From an uncultured Alphaproteobacteria bacterium (GTDB lineage Bacteria; Pseudomonadota; Alphaproteobacteria; Rhodobacterales; Rhodobacteraceae), in the NCBI GenBank assembly GCA_963745085.1, contig CAVUWP010000017.1, positions 418,153 through 482,152 of the forward strand: DNA of 64,000 bases. Direction: 5' to 3'. Position numbers and translations under genes: made by a program. Shown piece by piece: positions 28,151 through 44,242 of the stretch. The stretch's first letter is position 1, and each line of letters begins with the position of its first letter. Below the pieces are notes generated by a model that saw only the letters and a program-made list of their open reading frames with translations, did not search any database and was not told the DNA's origin.

Positions 28151-28915
28151 ATGCCGTGCAAGCCGCTCCGCCTCGGCCCCGTCGGCAATGCCGAGGCGCT
28201 GAACCGCATCCACGCCGAGAGCACCGCCGAGGCGCTGCTCCACCACGTCACTTGCTGCGAGTACCCGGGCGAGATCGCGCTGGTCTCGTCCTTCGGCGCC
28301 GACGCCGCGGTGCTGCTGCACATGGTCGGCCGCATCGCCCCGGCGACGCCCGTGCTGTTCCTCGAGACGGGCATGCTGTTCCCGGAGACGCTGGCCTACA
28401 GCCAAGACCTCGCCGCCCGCTTCGGCCTGAAGGATGTCAGGCTGATCCGGCCCGACCCGCAGGACCTGGAGATGCTCGATCCCGCCGACGACCTGCACGG
28501 CGAGAACCCGGACGGCTGCTGCCATATCCGCAAGACGCTGCCGCTGCGCCGCGCGCTGTCGCCCTTCGCCGCCTCGATCACCGGCCGCAAGCGCCACCAG
28601 GCCGCCAGCCGCGCGGCGCTGCCGCTGTTCGAGGCGGAGGCCGGGCCGCGCCTCAAGGTCAACCCGCTGGCACGCTGGTCGGCCGATGACGTTCAGGCGT
28701 ATTTCGACCGGCACGCCCTGCCCCGCCACCCGCTGGTGGCCAAGGGCTATCCGTCGATCGGCTGCGCGCCCTGCACGACGCCGGTCGCCGAGGGCGAGGA
28801 CCCGCGCGCCGGCCGCTGGCGCGGCCGGGACAAGACCGAATGCGGCATCCATTTCGACGGCACCCGCTGGGTCCGCGAGCCGCAGCCGAACCACGTGCGC
28901 CGAAGCTTCACCTGA
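28151..28915 (+). CDS. cysH: CysH-family reductase, [4Fe-4S] APS-reductase type
   Basis: SSFG, LETGMLFPET, CCHIRK, GYPSIGCAPCT, ECGIH. Confidence 0.92.
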   Translation: MPCKPLRLGPVGNAEALNRIHAESTAEALLHHVTCCEYPGEIALVSSFGADAAVLLHMVGRIAPATPVLFLETGMLFPETLAYSQDLAARFGLKDVRLIRPDPQDLEMLDPADDLHGENPDGCCHIRKTLPLRRALSPFAASITGRKRHQAASRAALPLFEAEAGPRLKVNPLARWSADDVQAYFDRHALPRHPLVAKGYPSIGCAPCTTPVAEGEDPRAGRWRGRDKTECGIHFDGTRWVREPQPNHVRRSFT

Positions 28916-28938
28916 CGCCGCTGCGGCATTGCCGCCGC

Positions 28939-31698
<2,760 letters not shown>

Positions 31699-31863
31699 GT
31701 GGTGGCTCCCGGCCCGCCGCGGGCCATCATCTCCGATCCTCCGGATTATAGAGAGCGGCGCGAGGCGGGGCAACCGATGCGAACCGATGCGGCCGGCTGC
31801 TAGGCCGGGCGGCGAGAACCGTGGTATGATCGTCCGATTGCCAGCACGAATGTCATCGAGATC

Positions 31864-33130
31864 ATGGCCGACGCGTTCACCGAACCGGAATGGGCGACGA
31901 TCCGCGGGCACCTCGCGGCCCAGCCGGCGCGCTATGGCCTGCCCGAGCGGCGGGCCGGCTCGGTGGTGCTGGCCTCGTTCAACATCCGCAAGCTGGGCGA
32001 TCCCGCGAACAAGTCGGACGGGGCCTTCGACCTGCTGGCGCGCTTCGTCGCCCGGTGCGATCTCGTGTCGGTGCAGGAGATCCTGGCCGATCTGCGCGGT
32101 GCCGAGCGGCTGCGGGCCGAGGTCTCGGCACTCGCCGGGGTCGAGTACGAGCTGCTCTGCTCGGACACCACCGGCGGCGTCCTCGGCGGCCGCGGCATGG
32201 AGGAGAGGCTGGGCTTCCTGTTCCGCCCGGACCGGATCGTCCGCGGCCCGGTCGCCGGCGACATCAGCTTCGACCGCTCCGCCGTGTTCGAGCGGCTCTA
32301 CGACAACCGCGAGGACTTTCTGACCTCGACCATCGAGTTCGAGCGCAGGCTGCGCGAGCATCTCGAGGCCGAGATCGAGAAACTCGGATGGAGCTCGGGC
32401 CGCGCACGCGGGAGAAGCCGCGCGGCGTCGGCCGGCCGAGCTTCCACGCGCCGCACTTCGTCTCGTTCATCCGCACGCCCTTCCTGGCGGCCTTCGCGGT
32501 GCCCGGCCTGCCGGATGCCGAGCCCTACCGGATCACGGCGGTGAACGCGCACCTGCTGTTCGGCGGCGACGGGCGCCGCGAGCGGCTGGAGCGCGAGAAC
32601 GAGTTCGAGGCGCTGATCCACTGGCTGCTCGACCGCGCGGCGTCCGAGCGGTCGTTCAACGACGACTACATACTGCTCGGCGACCTGAACCTCGCCTTCG
32701 ACGATCGTGACGACACCCGGCGCCAGGAGATCGTCGAGCGCATCAAGTCGCTGAACGCGACGCTGGCGGGGCGCGGCGCCGTGACCGTGGTCAACTTCCC
32801 CTTCATCGACCCGCGCAGGAATCCGAGGACCGGCGAGACGCGGACGATCCGGAGCAATGCCAGGCTCGACCAGACCTTCGACCAGATCGGCATCTTCGCG
32901 CACGACCCGCGCCTGCCGGGCTTCGAGGCGAACCCGCAGGTCGCCGACCGGGCCGACCCGGACGCGTTCGACTACCAGCTCTTCGACTTCGTCAACCTGT
33001 TCGCCGAGGCCGTGGAGGATCGGACTTCGGCACGCTGCCCGTCGGCCGGCAGCGGGCCTTCGTCGATCGCTTCCAGCACGACCTCTCGGACCACATGCCG
33101 ATCTGGATCCGCCTGCCCCTGCCGGGCTGA
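31864..33130 (+). CDS. Endonuclease/exonuclease/phosphatase (DNase I-like) family protein, frameshifted
   Basis: ASFNIR, SVQEI, NAHL, LLGDLN, FDQI, SDHMPIW catalytic motifs. Confidence 0.85.
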
Positions 33131-33197
33131 GACACCGGAGGCTTCCGGCCGTGGCCGTGCTGCGCTACGCTGCCTCGCTGCAGCATCGGGGACACCG

Positions 33198-33885
33198 ATG
33201 GACACCTCGTCGGACGCCAAGGCAGAGCTCGACGCGGCCGCGTTCAACGCGGCCGAGCTGGGGGCGCTGGCGCATCTCTACCGCGGCGAGGTCTATCGCT
33301 CGACGGTCTGGCGCTCGCGCCTCGACCAGACGACGAACTGGGCTGTGGTGACCACCGGGGCTGGCCCTGTCGATCTCGTTCTCCAGCACCGAGGCGTCGG
33401 CGCTGCCGCTGATCCTGGTCGGGCTTCTGGTCGTCGTCTTCCTGATGTTCGAGGCCCGTCGCTATCGCTACTTCAATGTCTGGCGCGCCCGCTGCCGGCT
33501 GATGGAGACCGACATCTTCGCGCCGTTGCTGCGCGGGCGCGGCGTGCGCATGGACAGCCGCTGGAACACGCTGCTCTCGGATGACTATCTGCGTCCGCGC
33601 TTCCATATCGGCTATGCGCTGGCGGTCGGCCGTCGGCTGCGCAAGAACTATGGCTGGATCCTGCTGATCCAGGCGGTGGCCTACTACGGCAAGCTGGTCA
33701 TCCATCCGACCGCGCTGGCCAGCGCGGTCGAGGTCTTCCGGCGCGCCGCGATCGGCCCCATCCCCGGCGAGGTGGTGGTGTCGGCAGGGGTTCTGTTCCA
33801 CGGCGGCTGGCTGAGCTTCGCGCTGGTGACGCTGATGATCGAGAAGCGCCGTCGCCGCCGCGTTGCGCTGATCTCGATCGCCTGA
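33198..33885 (+). CDS. DUF2270 integral membrane protein, one frameshift
   Basis: AHLYRGEVYRSTVWRSRLDQTTNWAV, EARRYRYF, RRLRKNY. Confidence 0.85.
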
Positions 33886-33900
33886 CGACGCAGCATGGCC

Positions 33901-34404
33901 CTAGAAGGGGATCTCGTCGTCCAGCCCGCCGGACGAGCCGCCATAGTCGCGCCCGCCTCCGCCGCCGCCCATGTCGTCGCGGCCGCCGCCCTGCCCGCCG
34001 CCCGCCGCCGCCGCCCGCCGCCGCCGCCGCCGAAGTCTCCGCCCTCGCCGCCGCGGCCGTCCAGCATGGTCAGCGTGCCGTCGAAGCGCACCGACGACGA
34101 TCTCGGTGGTGTAGCGGTCCTGGCCGCTCTGGTCCTGCCACTTGCGGGTCTGGATCTGGCCTTCGATGTAGACCTTGGAGCCCTTCTTCAGATAGCGCTG
34201 CGCCACCCGATCAGCCCGTCGCTGCAGATGACGACGCTGTGCCACTCGGTGCGCTCGCGGCGCTCGCCGGTACTGCTTGTCGCGCCAGTTCTCCGAGGTC
34301 GCGATCCGCAGGTTGCACACCTGCCCGCCGTTCTGAAAGCTCCGCACCTCCGGGTCGGCACCGAGATTCCCGATCAGGATCACCTTGTTGACGCTGCCCG
34401 CCAT
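33901..34404 (-). CDS. ssb: Single-stranded DNA-binding protein, frameshifted
   Basis: [31 protein letters not shown], Gly-rich tail ending LDDEIPF. Confidence 0.95.
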   Translation of the reverse strand: MAGSVNKVILIGNLGADPEVRSFQNGGQVCNLRIATSENWRDKQYRRAPRAHRVAQRRHLQRRADRVAQRYLKKGSKVYIEGQIQTRKWQDQSGQDRYTTEIVVGALRRHADHAGRPRRRGRRLRRRRRRAAAAGGGQGGGRDDMGGGGGGRDYGGSSGGLDDEIPF

Positions 34405-34489
34405 GTTCGTCTCCGACGCGATTCCCCGCTCGGCGGGACGATAGACCGTGGCCGGGCGACAGGCCAGAGCGCTCGGACCCGGCAACCTC

Positions 34490-34579
34490 GGGATGCGGCC
34501 CCGGGGATGCGGCCCGGGGTGCGGGCCCGGGATGCGGCCCCGGGGATGCGGCCCCGGGATGCGGCCCCGGGATGCGGCC
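34490..34579. repeat. Seven tandem copies of a ~13-bp unit GGGATGCGGCCCC upstream of ssb
   Basis: Contiguous units with no spacers, differing mainly in G/C run lengths. Confidence 0.9.
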
Positions 34580-34871
34580 GGCGAGTTGAACCTTCGCTCG
34601 ATTGGCAAGCCGCCTGCGGAACCTTCCGGCGACGGCCTGTTCTCGGCACCGGCCCGGCGACGGTCCGGAGGCGCTAGAGAGGCAGGGCGGCGAGGCATGG
34701 CGCTCGACGTGTCCTCGTGCAGCGATCCACCGGGGGCGGGGCGCGTCGCGGTTTTCACGCGGCCCTCTTTTCTCTGTCCCCGCGGATCTTCTCCAGCACC
34801 CGCGTCCAGCCCATCCTCGCCCCTCCATGACGTCGCGGAGGAATTCAGAAACCGGACACGTCGCGCGCCAC

Positions 34872-34935
34872 CTGAACCGGACAGATCACCCGCTACCTCA
34901 GGGCTGAACCGGACAGATCACTCGCTACCTCAGGG
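34872..34935. repeat. Two tandem 32-bp direct repeats CTGAACCGGACAGATCAC(C/T)CGCTACCTCAGGG
   Basis: 34872-34903 and 34904-34935 with one mismatch; partial AACCGGACA copy near 34850. Confidence 0.9.
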
Positions 34936-34984
34936 TCGAAGGCTGGCGGTCGCGCGGGCAGCTGGTCCGGGCTATGATCACCGG

Positions 34985-35527
34985 ATGGAAGGAGCTTCCC
35001 CCGGATCGATGACGGCGGGGCGGACGGCGCGAGGCCGGCCCGTCCGGCTTGCCCTGCTGCTGGTCGCGATTGCCGTACAGGCGGTCGCGGCCGTCTTCTT
35101 CGTGGCAGACGTCGCGCTCGACTTGAGCGAGGCGGACGTGCGCCATGACGGGCTGCACAACGTCGTTGAAGGGGCGGCCGTTCTGGCGCTGGTGCTGGGC
35201 GTCGGCCTGCTCTGGCTCGAGTTGCGGCGCCTGCTGGCGCGGCAGGCGCGCATGGCCGCTACGCTGCGCGTCGCGTCGGGCGCCTTGCATAACCTGCTGG
35301 AGGAGCGTTTCGACGAGTGGCGCCTGACACCGGCCGAGCGCGACGTCGCTCTGCTGCTGGTCAAGGGGCTCGCACTGGCGGAGATCGCGCACCTGCGAAA
35401 CAGCGCCGAGGGCACCGTCAAGGCGCACTGCAACAAGGTCTATGCCAAGGCCGGCGTGACGGGACGCACGCAGCTGGTCAGCCACTTCATCGAGGACCTG
35501 ATGAACGGCGGCGTTCCGGCAGCATAG
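34985..35527 (+). CDS. LuxR-family HTH regulator with two N-terminal transmembrane helices
   Basis: Two hydrophobic helices then [30 protein letters not shown]. Confidence 0.85.
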   Translation: MEGASPGSMTAGRTARGRPVRLALLLVAIAVQAVAAVFFVADVALDLSEADVRHDGLHNVVEGAAVLALVLGVGLLWLELRRLLARQARMAATLRVASGALHNLLEERFDEWRLTPAERDVALLLVKGLALAEIAHLRNSAEGTVKAHCNKVYAKAGVTGRTQLVSHFIEDLMNGGVPAA

Positions 35528-35578
35528 GCTGCAGCCTGTCAGCAGAGTTCCGCCACGGCATTTCGCCACTGGCCCGAT

Positions 35579-35593
35579 GTTCGTGCTTTGTTT
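35579..35593 (+). promoter_or_regulatory. Alphaproteobacterial LexA (SOS) box upstream of uvrA
   Basis: GTTC-gtgcttt-GTTT, one mismatch to GTTC-N7-GTTC, about 75 bp before the uvrA start. Confidence 0.7.
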
Positions 35594-35666
35594 ACACTCG
35601 CGCAACTCGCAATCCGGCTGCGGACGGTTACATGTATTGGCCGGCGAGACGGAGGCAGGGGCCAGC

Positions 35667-38528
<2,862 letters not shown>

Positions 38529-38564
38529 GCCGCGATCCTCGGGGCGATCACCGCGAGGCCGAGA

Positions 38565-39050
38565 TCAGTCCGTTAGACCACGCAGTATGTCGTTGGCGAA
38601 ATCAACGACATCGCCATTGTTGCTGGTCCGGTTCCTCTGATCGTAACGGTTGTAGTCGCGGCGATCATGGCGCCTTTCGTTCCGATCGTAGCGCCCGTCA
38701 TTCGGGTCATAGCGTCGGTTCGACCGGGTGGGAAAGCGCTCGTACCCGTAGGAGTGCGCGTATCCCTCCTTGTTGTCCATCGCCATGTCGGACGGCGGCG
38801 GTACCTTGCTGCGCCCGGAATTGTAGATGTTCCGGTCGCCGTTTCGCCCGCGCGCGTTCCTGTAGCCGTCGTTGTAGCCACGCTGCCGGTATTCACCGCC
38901 GCGCGACCGGTGGTCGCCGACGCGGTGCACCGGCGCGCAGGCCCCGGCCGCTGCCTGCGCCGGCGGGCAACGCTGATCGGCCGTCGCAGAGCCTCCGGCC
39001 AGAATGCTGGCGCCGAGCAAGGCGGCGCAGAAGGCGCTCGTGATCTTCAT
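38565..39050 (-). CDS. Small exported low-complexity (Arg/Asp/Tyr/Asn-rich) hypothetical protein
   Basis: GGAGG ribosome site, signal peptide, CPP...C pair, C-terminal GDVVDFANDILRGLTD. Confidence 0.65.
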   Translation of the reverse strand: MKITSAFCAALLGASILAGGSATADQRCPPAQAAAGACAPVHRVGDHRSRGGEYRQRGYNDGYRNARGRNGDRNIYNSGRSKVPPPSDMAMDNKEGYAHSYGYERFPTRSNRRYDPNDGRYDRNERRHDRRDYNRYDQRNRTSNNGDVVDFANDILRGLTD

Positions 39051-39112
39051 CTCAACCTCCTTCAACGGAGTTCAGGCGGCGCGGAACGCCGCGCATCACA
39101 GAAAATATAGCG

Positions 39113-39427
39113 TCACCAGTCCGAGATTTCGACCTGCGGACCCGCTTCCTCCGGGATGATGGTCGCGCTGTCGCCGTCCCAGTAGAGGACGTCGTCGCCG
39201 CGGGGAAAGTCCATCCCCGACTCGCTGCTGAACCCGGGATAGTGCTCGAGCAGAAAGTCGTCGGAGGCCCAGACGTTTGTCGTTCCCACGGGGACCTCAT
39301 CGGCCCTGTACCTATCCATGAAGACGTCGCACTGCGCACCATTCGCGTCCGTCAGGCAGGTCTCATCGGCGATCGCCGGGCCCGCGATGAGAATCGCGAC
39401 AGCGGCCAGTGTCATGCGCCGGTGCAT
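39113..39427 (-). CDS. Small exported acidic hypothetical protein
   Basis: AAGGAG ribosome site, signal peptide ending PAIA-D, one Cys pair. Confidence 0.65.
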   Translation of the reverse strand: MHRRMTLAAVAILIAGPAIADETCLTDANGAQCDVFMDRYRADEVPVGTTNVWASDDFLLEHYPGFSSESGMDFPRGDDVLYWDGDSATIIPEEAGPQVEISDW

Positions 39428-39613
39428 TGCTCGCTCCTTCGTCCTGCGTACGGGTGGAAACGTCGCGACGCGACCCGCCGTTCCCGCCACGGCATCCTGG
39501 ACACGTGCCGTTGACAGGTGCGCCCAATCGCGGGACGCTCGACCCCCGGAAAGGTCGGGAAACGCCGGCCGGGAAGCGCCGGCCGGGAACACCGGAATGC
39601 CAGGAGCGCAGGA

Positions 39614-40048
39614 ATGAAAGTGTCCGTCATTCTTCAGAAGAAGGGGTCGGCCGAGGTCGCGACGATCGCGCGCGACAGCCACGGCCTCGGATGCCGTCAA
39701 GGAGCTTTCGCGCCGCAGATCGGCGCGCTGGTCGTCACCTCGGGCGGCGGCGAGATCGCTGGCATCCTCTCGGAACGCGACATCGTCCGCCGGCTGGGCG
39801 AGGAGGGGCCGGGCGCGCTGGCCCGGCCCGTCTCGGAGATCATGACGACCACGGTGCAGACCTGCGCCGCCGACGATACGGCGTTCGACCTGCTCGGCCG
39901 GATGACCGACGGGCGATTCCGCCATATGCCCGTCATGGGCGCTGACGGACGGATGGAGGGGATCCTCTCGATCGGCGACGTCGTCAAGGCGCGGCTCGAG
40001 GAGATCGAGGCCGAGAATGCCGCCATGGCCGACATGCTGAGCAGCTGA
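39614..40048 (+). CDS. CBS domain pair protein
   Basis: IGALVV..GILSERDIVR, MTDGRFRHMPV, GILSIGDVVK; short garbled stretch near 39680-39720. Confidence 0.88.
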   Translation: MKVSVILQKKGSAEVATIARDSHGLGCRQGAFAPQIGALVVTSGGGEIAGILSERDIVRRLGEEGPGALARPVSEIMTTTVQTCAADDTAFDLLGRMTDGRFRHMPVMGADGRMEGILSIGDVVKARLEEIEAENAAMADMLSS

Positions 40049-40156
40049 CCGCCAGCGGCGCCCCGGCACTGGCTCGGACGTCCGCCCGCCGCTGCCCCTT
40101 GACCCGGGGCCGCAAAACTGTTGCTTGGCCCGGACGAATTGTCGGGGGGAGCGGCG

Positions 40157-40665
40157 GTGCGCATCGGGCTCTATCCGGGGACGTTCGACCCGGTGACGCG
40201 CGGCCACAAGGACATCATCCGGCGCGCGGTCGAAGCTCGTGGACCGGCTGGTCATCGGCGTCGCCATCAACCGCGACAAGGGCCCGCTCTTCACGCTGGA
40301 GGAGCGCGTCGAGATGATCCGGCGCGAGACGGCGCCGATCGCCGCGAAAGCCGGCGTCGAGATCGAGCCGCGCCCCTTCGAGAACCTGCTGATAGGTTCG
40401 CCGAGGAGGTCGGCGCCACCGTCGTCATCCGCGGGCTGCGCGCCGTCTCGGACTTCGAGTACGAGTTCCAGATGGTCGGCATGAACCGGGCGTTGAACAA
40501 CGAGATCGAGATGGTCTTCCTGATGGCCGAGGCGCAGCACCAGGCGATCGCCTCCAAGCTGGTCAAGGAGATCGCCCGGATGGGCGGCGACGTCTCGAAG
40601 TTCGTCTCGCCCGAGGTCGCCGCGGCGCTGGTCGACAAGTTCCGGCCGGCGCCGGCGGGCGGTGA
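40157..40665 (+). CDS. coaD: Phosphopantetheine adenylyltransferase, frameshifted; 3' end approximate
   Basis: YPGTFDPVTRGH, RGLRAVSDFEYEFQM, ASKLVKEIA. Confidence 0.92.
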
Positions 40666-40779
40666 CGCGTCGGCGCCTGCGGCGCTGGCCCGCGAACTGA
40701 CGGCGCCGGCCCGGTCGCTACTGTCGCGCCACGCCCGATCGGCCGCCCCGACCACCATGCCCGATGATCCGGAGGATCC

Positions 40780-41349
40780 ATGTTCAGATCGCTCGTCGCC
40801 GCGCTGGCGCTCGTCTTCGCCCTCAACCAGGAGGCCTCGGCCGTGGACAAGCAAGTACCTGACCCTCGAGCTCGAAGACGGGCCCGTGAAGATCGAGCTG
40901 CTGCCCGAGGTGGCGCCGAAACATGTCGAGCGCGTCGTCACGCTGGCCGAGCAGGGCGCCTATGACGGCGTCGCGTTCCACCGCGTGATCGAGGGCTTCA
41001 TGGCGCAGACCGGCGATGTCGAGCACGGCGAGGTGCAGCCGACGGCTCGGTCTCCCCGCGCGCCGGCACCGGCGGCTCGGACCTCGGCAACGTCAAGGCC
41101 GAGTTCAGGCGACGTGCCCTTCGAGCGCGGCACCGTCGGCATGGCCCGCTCGCAGTCGACCCGAACTCGGCGAACTCGCAGTTCTTCATCGTGTTCGAGG
41201 CGGCGCCGCATCTCGACGGCAACTACACGGTCTTCGGCCGCGTCGTCGAAGGCATGGAGCATGTCGACGCCATCAAGCGCGGCAGCGGCCAGGGCGGCAC
41301 CGTCAGCCAGCCGGACAAGATCATCAAGGCGACCGTCTCGGACGAGTGA
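40780..41349 (+). CDS. Cyclophilin-type peptidyl-prolyl isomerase with signal peptide, frameshifted
   Basis: APKHV, FHRVIEGFMAQTGD, GMAR, NSANSQFFI, YTVFGRV. Confidence 0.9.
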
Positions 41350-41381
41350 CGGCAGGACGCCGGCGACGACGGGCGTCGCGG

Positions 41382-42350
41382 TCAAGCCTTTGCCCTTCCA
41401 CGGGATCAGCCAGCGCTCGAGCAGCCGCATCAGGATCTCGATCGCAAAGCCGATGGCGCCGATGATGATGATGCCGATGACGACGACGTCGGTCTGCAAG
41501 AAGTTCTTGGCGATCATCATCATCGAGCCGACGCCCTGGTCGGCGGCGACCAGCTCGGCCGCGACCAGCGTGCCCCAGCAGACGCCCATCGCGGTGCGCA
41601 GCCCGGTGAAGATCTCGGGCAAGGCGTTCGGCAGGATGACGTGGCGCAGCACCTGCGCCTTCGACGCCCCCAGCGAATAGGCGGCGTGCACCTTCGAGAT
41701 GCGACCGAGCTCACGCCGGAACGCGCCGCGATCAGCATGATGAAGAAGGCGGCGAGAAACAGCAGGAACGTCTTCGCCACCTCGTCGATGCCGAGCCAGA
41801 GGATGACCAGCGGGATCAGCGCCAATGGCGGGATCGGCCGGATGAACTCGACGACCGGGTCGAGAAGACCGCGTGCGACCGAGTTCAGCCCCATGGCGAA
41901 ACCGAGCGGGACGCCGACCAGCGCGCCGAAGAAGACGCCGAGCAGCACCCGCTTGACCGAGGTCCAGACGTGCTCCCACAGCGGCACGTTGCGATAGCCC
42001 TGCGTCAGCAGCTCGGCGAAGCGGTCGATCACGCCCGGCCTCGCCCGCTCGGGCCGGTCCCAGGGATAGAGGCTGCCGTCGATCGGCGGCCAGTAGATCG
42101 GGTCGATCCATCCCGCCAGCGTCGCGACGAGCCAGCCGCCGATCAGCACGGCGACGGTCACCAGCGACCAGAGCCGGCCCGAGTTGACCGCCGAGGCGTC
42201 GCCGAACTTGACGGTCTTCTGGCGGGTGAAGCTGTTGTCGGCGATGCCGAGCCAGATGGCGAGGCGCGACGGCTCGCGCCGCGATTCCGGCCGGCGCAGA
42301 TCGGGATCCTGGGCAGGGGCGGCGGCAGTGTGGCCGGCGTCAACGGGCAT
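41382..42350 (-). CDS. tauC: Taurine ABC transporter permease, frameshifted
   Basis: RPIPPLALIPL, AAYSLGAS, LPEIFTGLR, TLVAAELVAA; operon with tauAB and xsc. Confidence 0.85.
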
Positions 42351-43144
42351 CGGCGGTCCCCATGATCTCCTCCTCCATCTCCCAGATCATCGACAGCACC
42401 TCCTCGCGCTTGGCGATGAAGTCCTCGCTGGCCTTGATCTGGCGCGGGCTGGCGGCCGAGGCCGCGCTCGGCGAAGGGGAGCTGGTACTGCCGGTGGATG
42501 CGGCCGGGCCGCGGCGCCATGACGAGCAGCCGCTCGCCCAGGAACAGCGCCTCCTCGACCGAGTGGGTGATCAGCAGGATGGTCTTGCCGGTCTCGTTCC
42601 AGAGCCTGAGGACCAGGCCCTGCATCTTCTCGCGCGTCAGCGCGTCGAGCGCGCCGAGCGGCTCGTCCATCAGGATGACGTCCGGATCGTTGGCGAGGCA
42701 GCGCGCCAGCGCGACGCGCTGCTGCATGCCGCCCGAAAGCTGGTAGACCGGCTTCTCGGCGAATTGGCCGAGCGCGACGGTGTCGAGCAGGTGGTCGACC
42801 GTCTCGCGGATGCGCGCGCGTGGCTGCCCGGTCATGCGGGGCCCGAAGGCGACGTTCTCGCGACCGTCATCCACTCGAACAGCGCGCCCTGCTGGAAGAC
42901 CATGCCGCGCTCCTTGTGCGGCCCGGTCACGACATGGTCGTTCAGCCGTACCTCGCCGCGGCTGGGCGCCAGGAAGCCGGCGATGATGTTCAGCAGGGTG
43001 GTCTTGCCGCAACCGGACGGTCCGAGCACGCTCATCAGCTCGCCCGGCCTGAGGGTGAGCGAGACGTCCTTCAGCGCGTGCACCGAGCCGCCGCCCGGCA
43101 GCGTGGAAGACCATCGAGATGTCGTCTACGACCAGCCCGTCCAT
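42340..43144 (-). CDS. tauB: Taurine ABC transporter ATP-binding protein, frameshifted
   Basis: GPSGCGKTTLLN, LSGGMQQR, MDEPLGALD, THSVEEA. Confidence 0.87.
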
Positions 43145-43208
43145 GTCGCCGCCCTCCCCGTCATCGCCGGGTCCGGCGCGGGCGGCGCCGCGCCGGCACC
43201 GCTTGGGC

Positions 43209-44186
43209 TCAGAGAAAGCCCGGATCGATTGCGAACGCGTAGCTGTCGAGCGACCGGTCGAGCTGGCCCTGCTCGACGAAGAAGTCGGCGACCTGCTTGG
43301 TGAAGTCCTGCACAGCGCCGCCCATCCAGGCTTCGGATTTCTGCTCCTCGGCCGAGGGGAAGCTGAACATGCCCAGCATCTCCTTGGTGGCGTCCAGGTC
43401 CATGCCGGCGGCATTGGAGATGGTCTCGTAGTACTTTTCCGGGTCGGCGGTGTAGGCGGCGTTCGCCTCCTCGGTCACCTGCATGAACGTGCGCAGCAGG
43501 TCGGGGTGCTCCTCGGCGAACTCCTCGGTCGTCGAGACGACGTCGAAGACGCGGATGCCGATCGCCTCCTGCTCGGCCGGCGTCATCAGCTCGTGGCCGA
43601 CTTCCTTCATGCGCTGCAGCGGGCCGCCGAAGGCGCAGGCCATGACGACGTCGCCGCGCGTCAGGGCGACTGCGGCATCGGCGCCGTTCATCTGCACCAT
43701 GTCGACCTTGGTGGCGTCGACGCCCAGATGGTCCAGCATGCGCAGCAGCTTGTAATGCGTGACGTTGCCGATCGGCGTCGCCAGCCTCTTGCCCTCGAGC
43801 TCCTTGGCATTCTCCTGGGTGATGTTCGCATCGTCGCGCACGACGCAGTTGTCGGCGGCCGCATAGCTGACCGCGACCCCGACGGTCTTGAGCGGCAGGC
43901 CGTTCGAGACGGCGACGACGAAGGGCACCAGTCCCTGGCTGTAGGCGATGTCGACATCGCCCGAGGCCATCGCCTGGCTCATCTCGTTGCCGTTGCCGAA
44001 GGCGCGCCAGTCGACCTCGACGCCCATCTCCTTCTCGTAGGTCTTGTCGAGCTGCGCCACCTGGTTGGCCGTCGGCCACTCCAGGAAATAGGCGACCGTC
44101 ACCGTGTCCTGCGCCTGCGCGGCGCCGGTCGTCAGTGCCAGCGCGGAACCCAGCGCGGCCGCGGCCATGGCGATCCTGCGTGCCAT
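43209..44186 (-). CDS. tauA: Taurine ABC transporter substrate-binding protein
   Basis: Signal peptide, VTVAYFLEWP, SQGLVPFV, DNCVV; directly downstream of xsc. Confidence 0.85.
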   Translation of the reverse strand: MARRIAMAAAALGSALALTTGAAQAQDTVTVAYFLEWPTANQVAQLDKTYEKEMGVEVDWRAFGNGNEMSQAMASGDVDIAYSQGLVPFVVAVSNGLPLKTVGVAVSYAAADNCVVRDDANITQENAKELEGKRLATPIGNVTHYKLLRMLDHLGVDATKVDMVQMNGADAAVALTRGDVVMACAFGGPLQRMKEVGHELMTPAEQEAIGIRVFDVVSTTEEFAEEHPDLLRTFMQVTEEANAAYTADPEKYYETISNAAGMDLDATKEMLGMFSFPSAEEQKSEAWMGGAVQDFTKQVADFFVEQGQLDRSLDSYAFAIDPGFL

Positions 44187-44242
44187 CTTCTCCCCCCTTC
44201 AGCGATGTTGCACTGCAAGCCTTCCAGCAGCAGGACGCGACG

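Noticed and set aside
34490..34935. Possible CRISPR array
   Set aside because: Repeats are contiguous with no unique spacers and there are no cas genes
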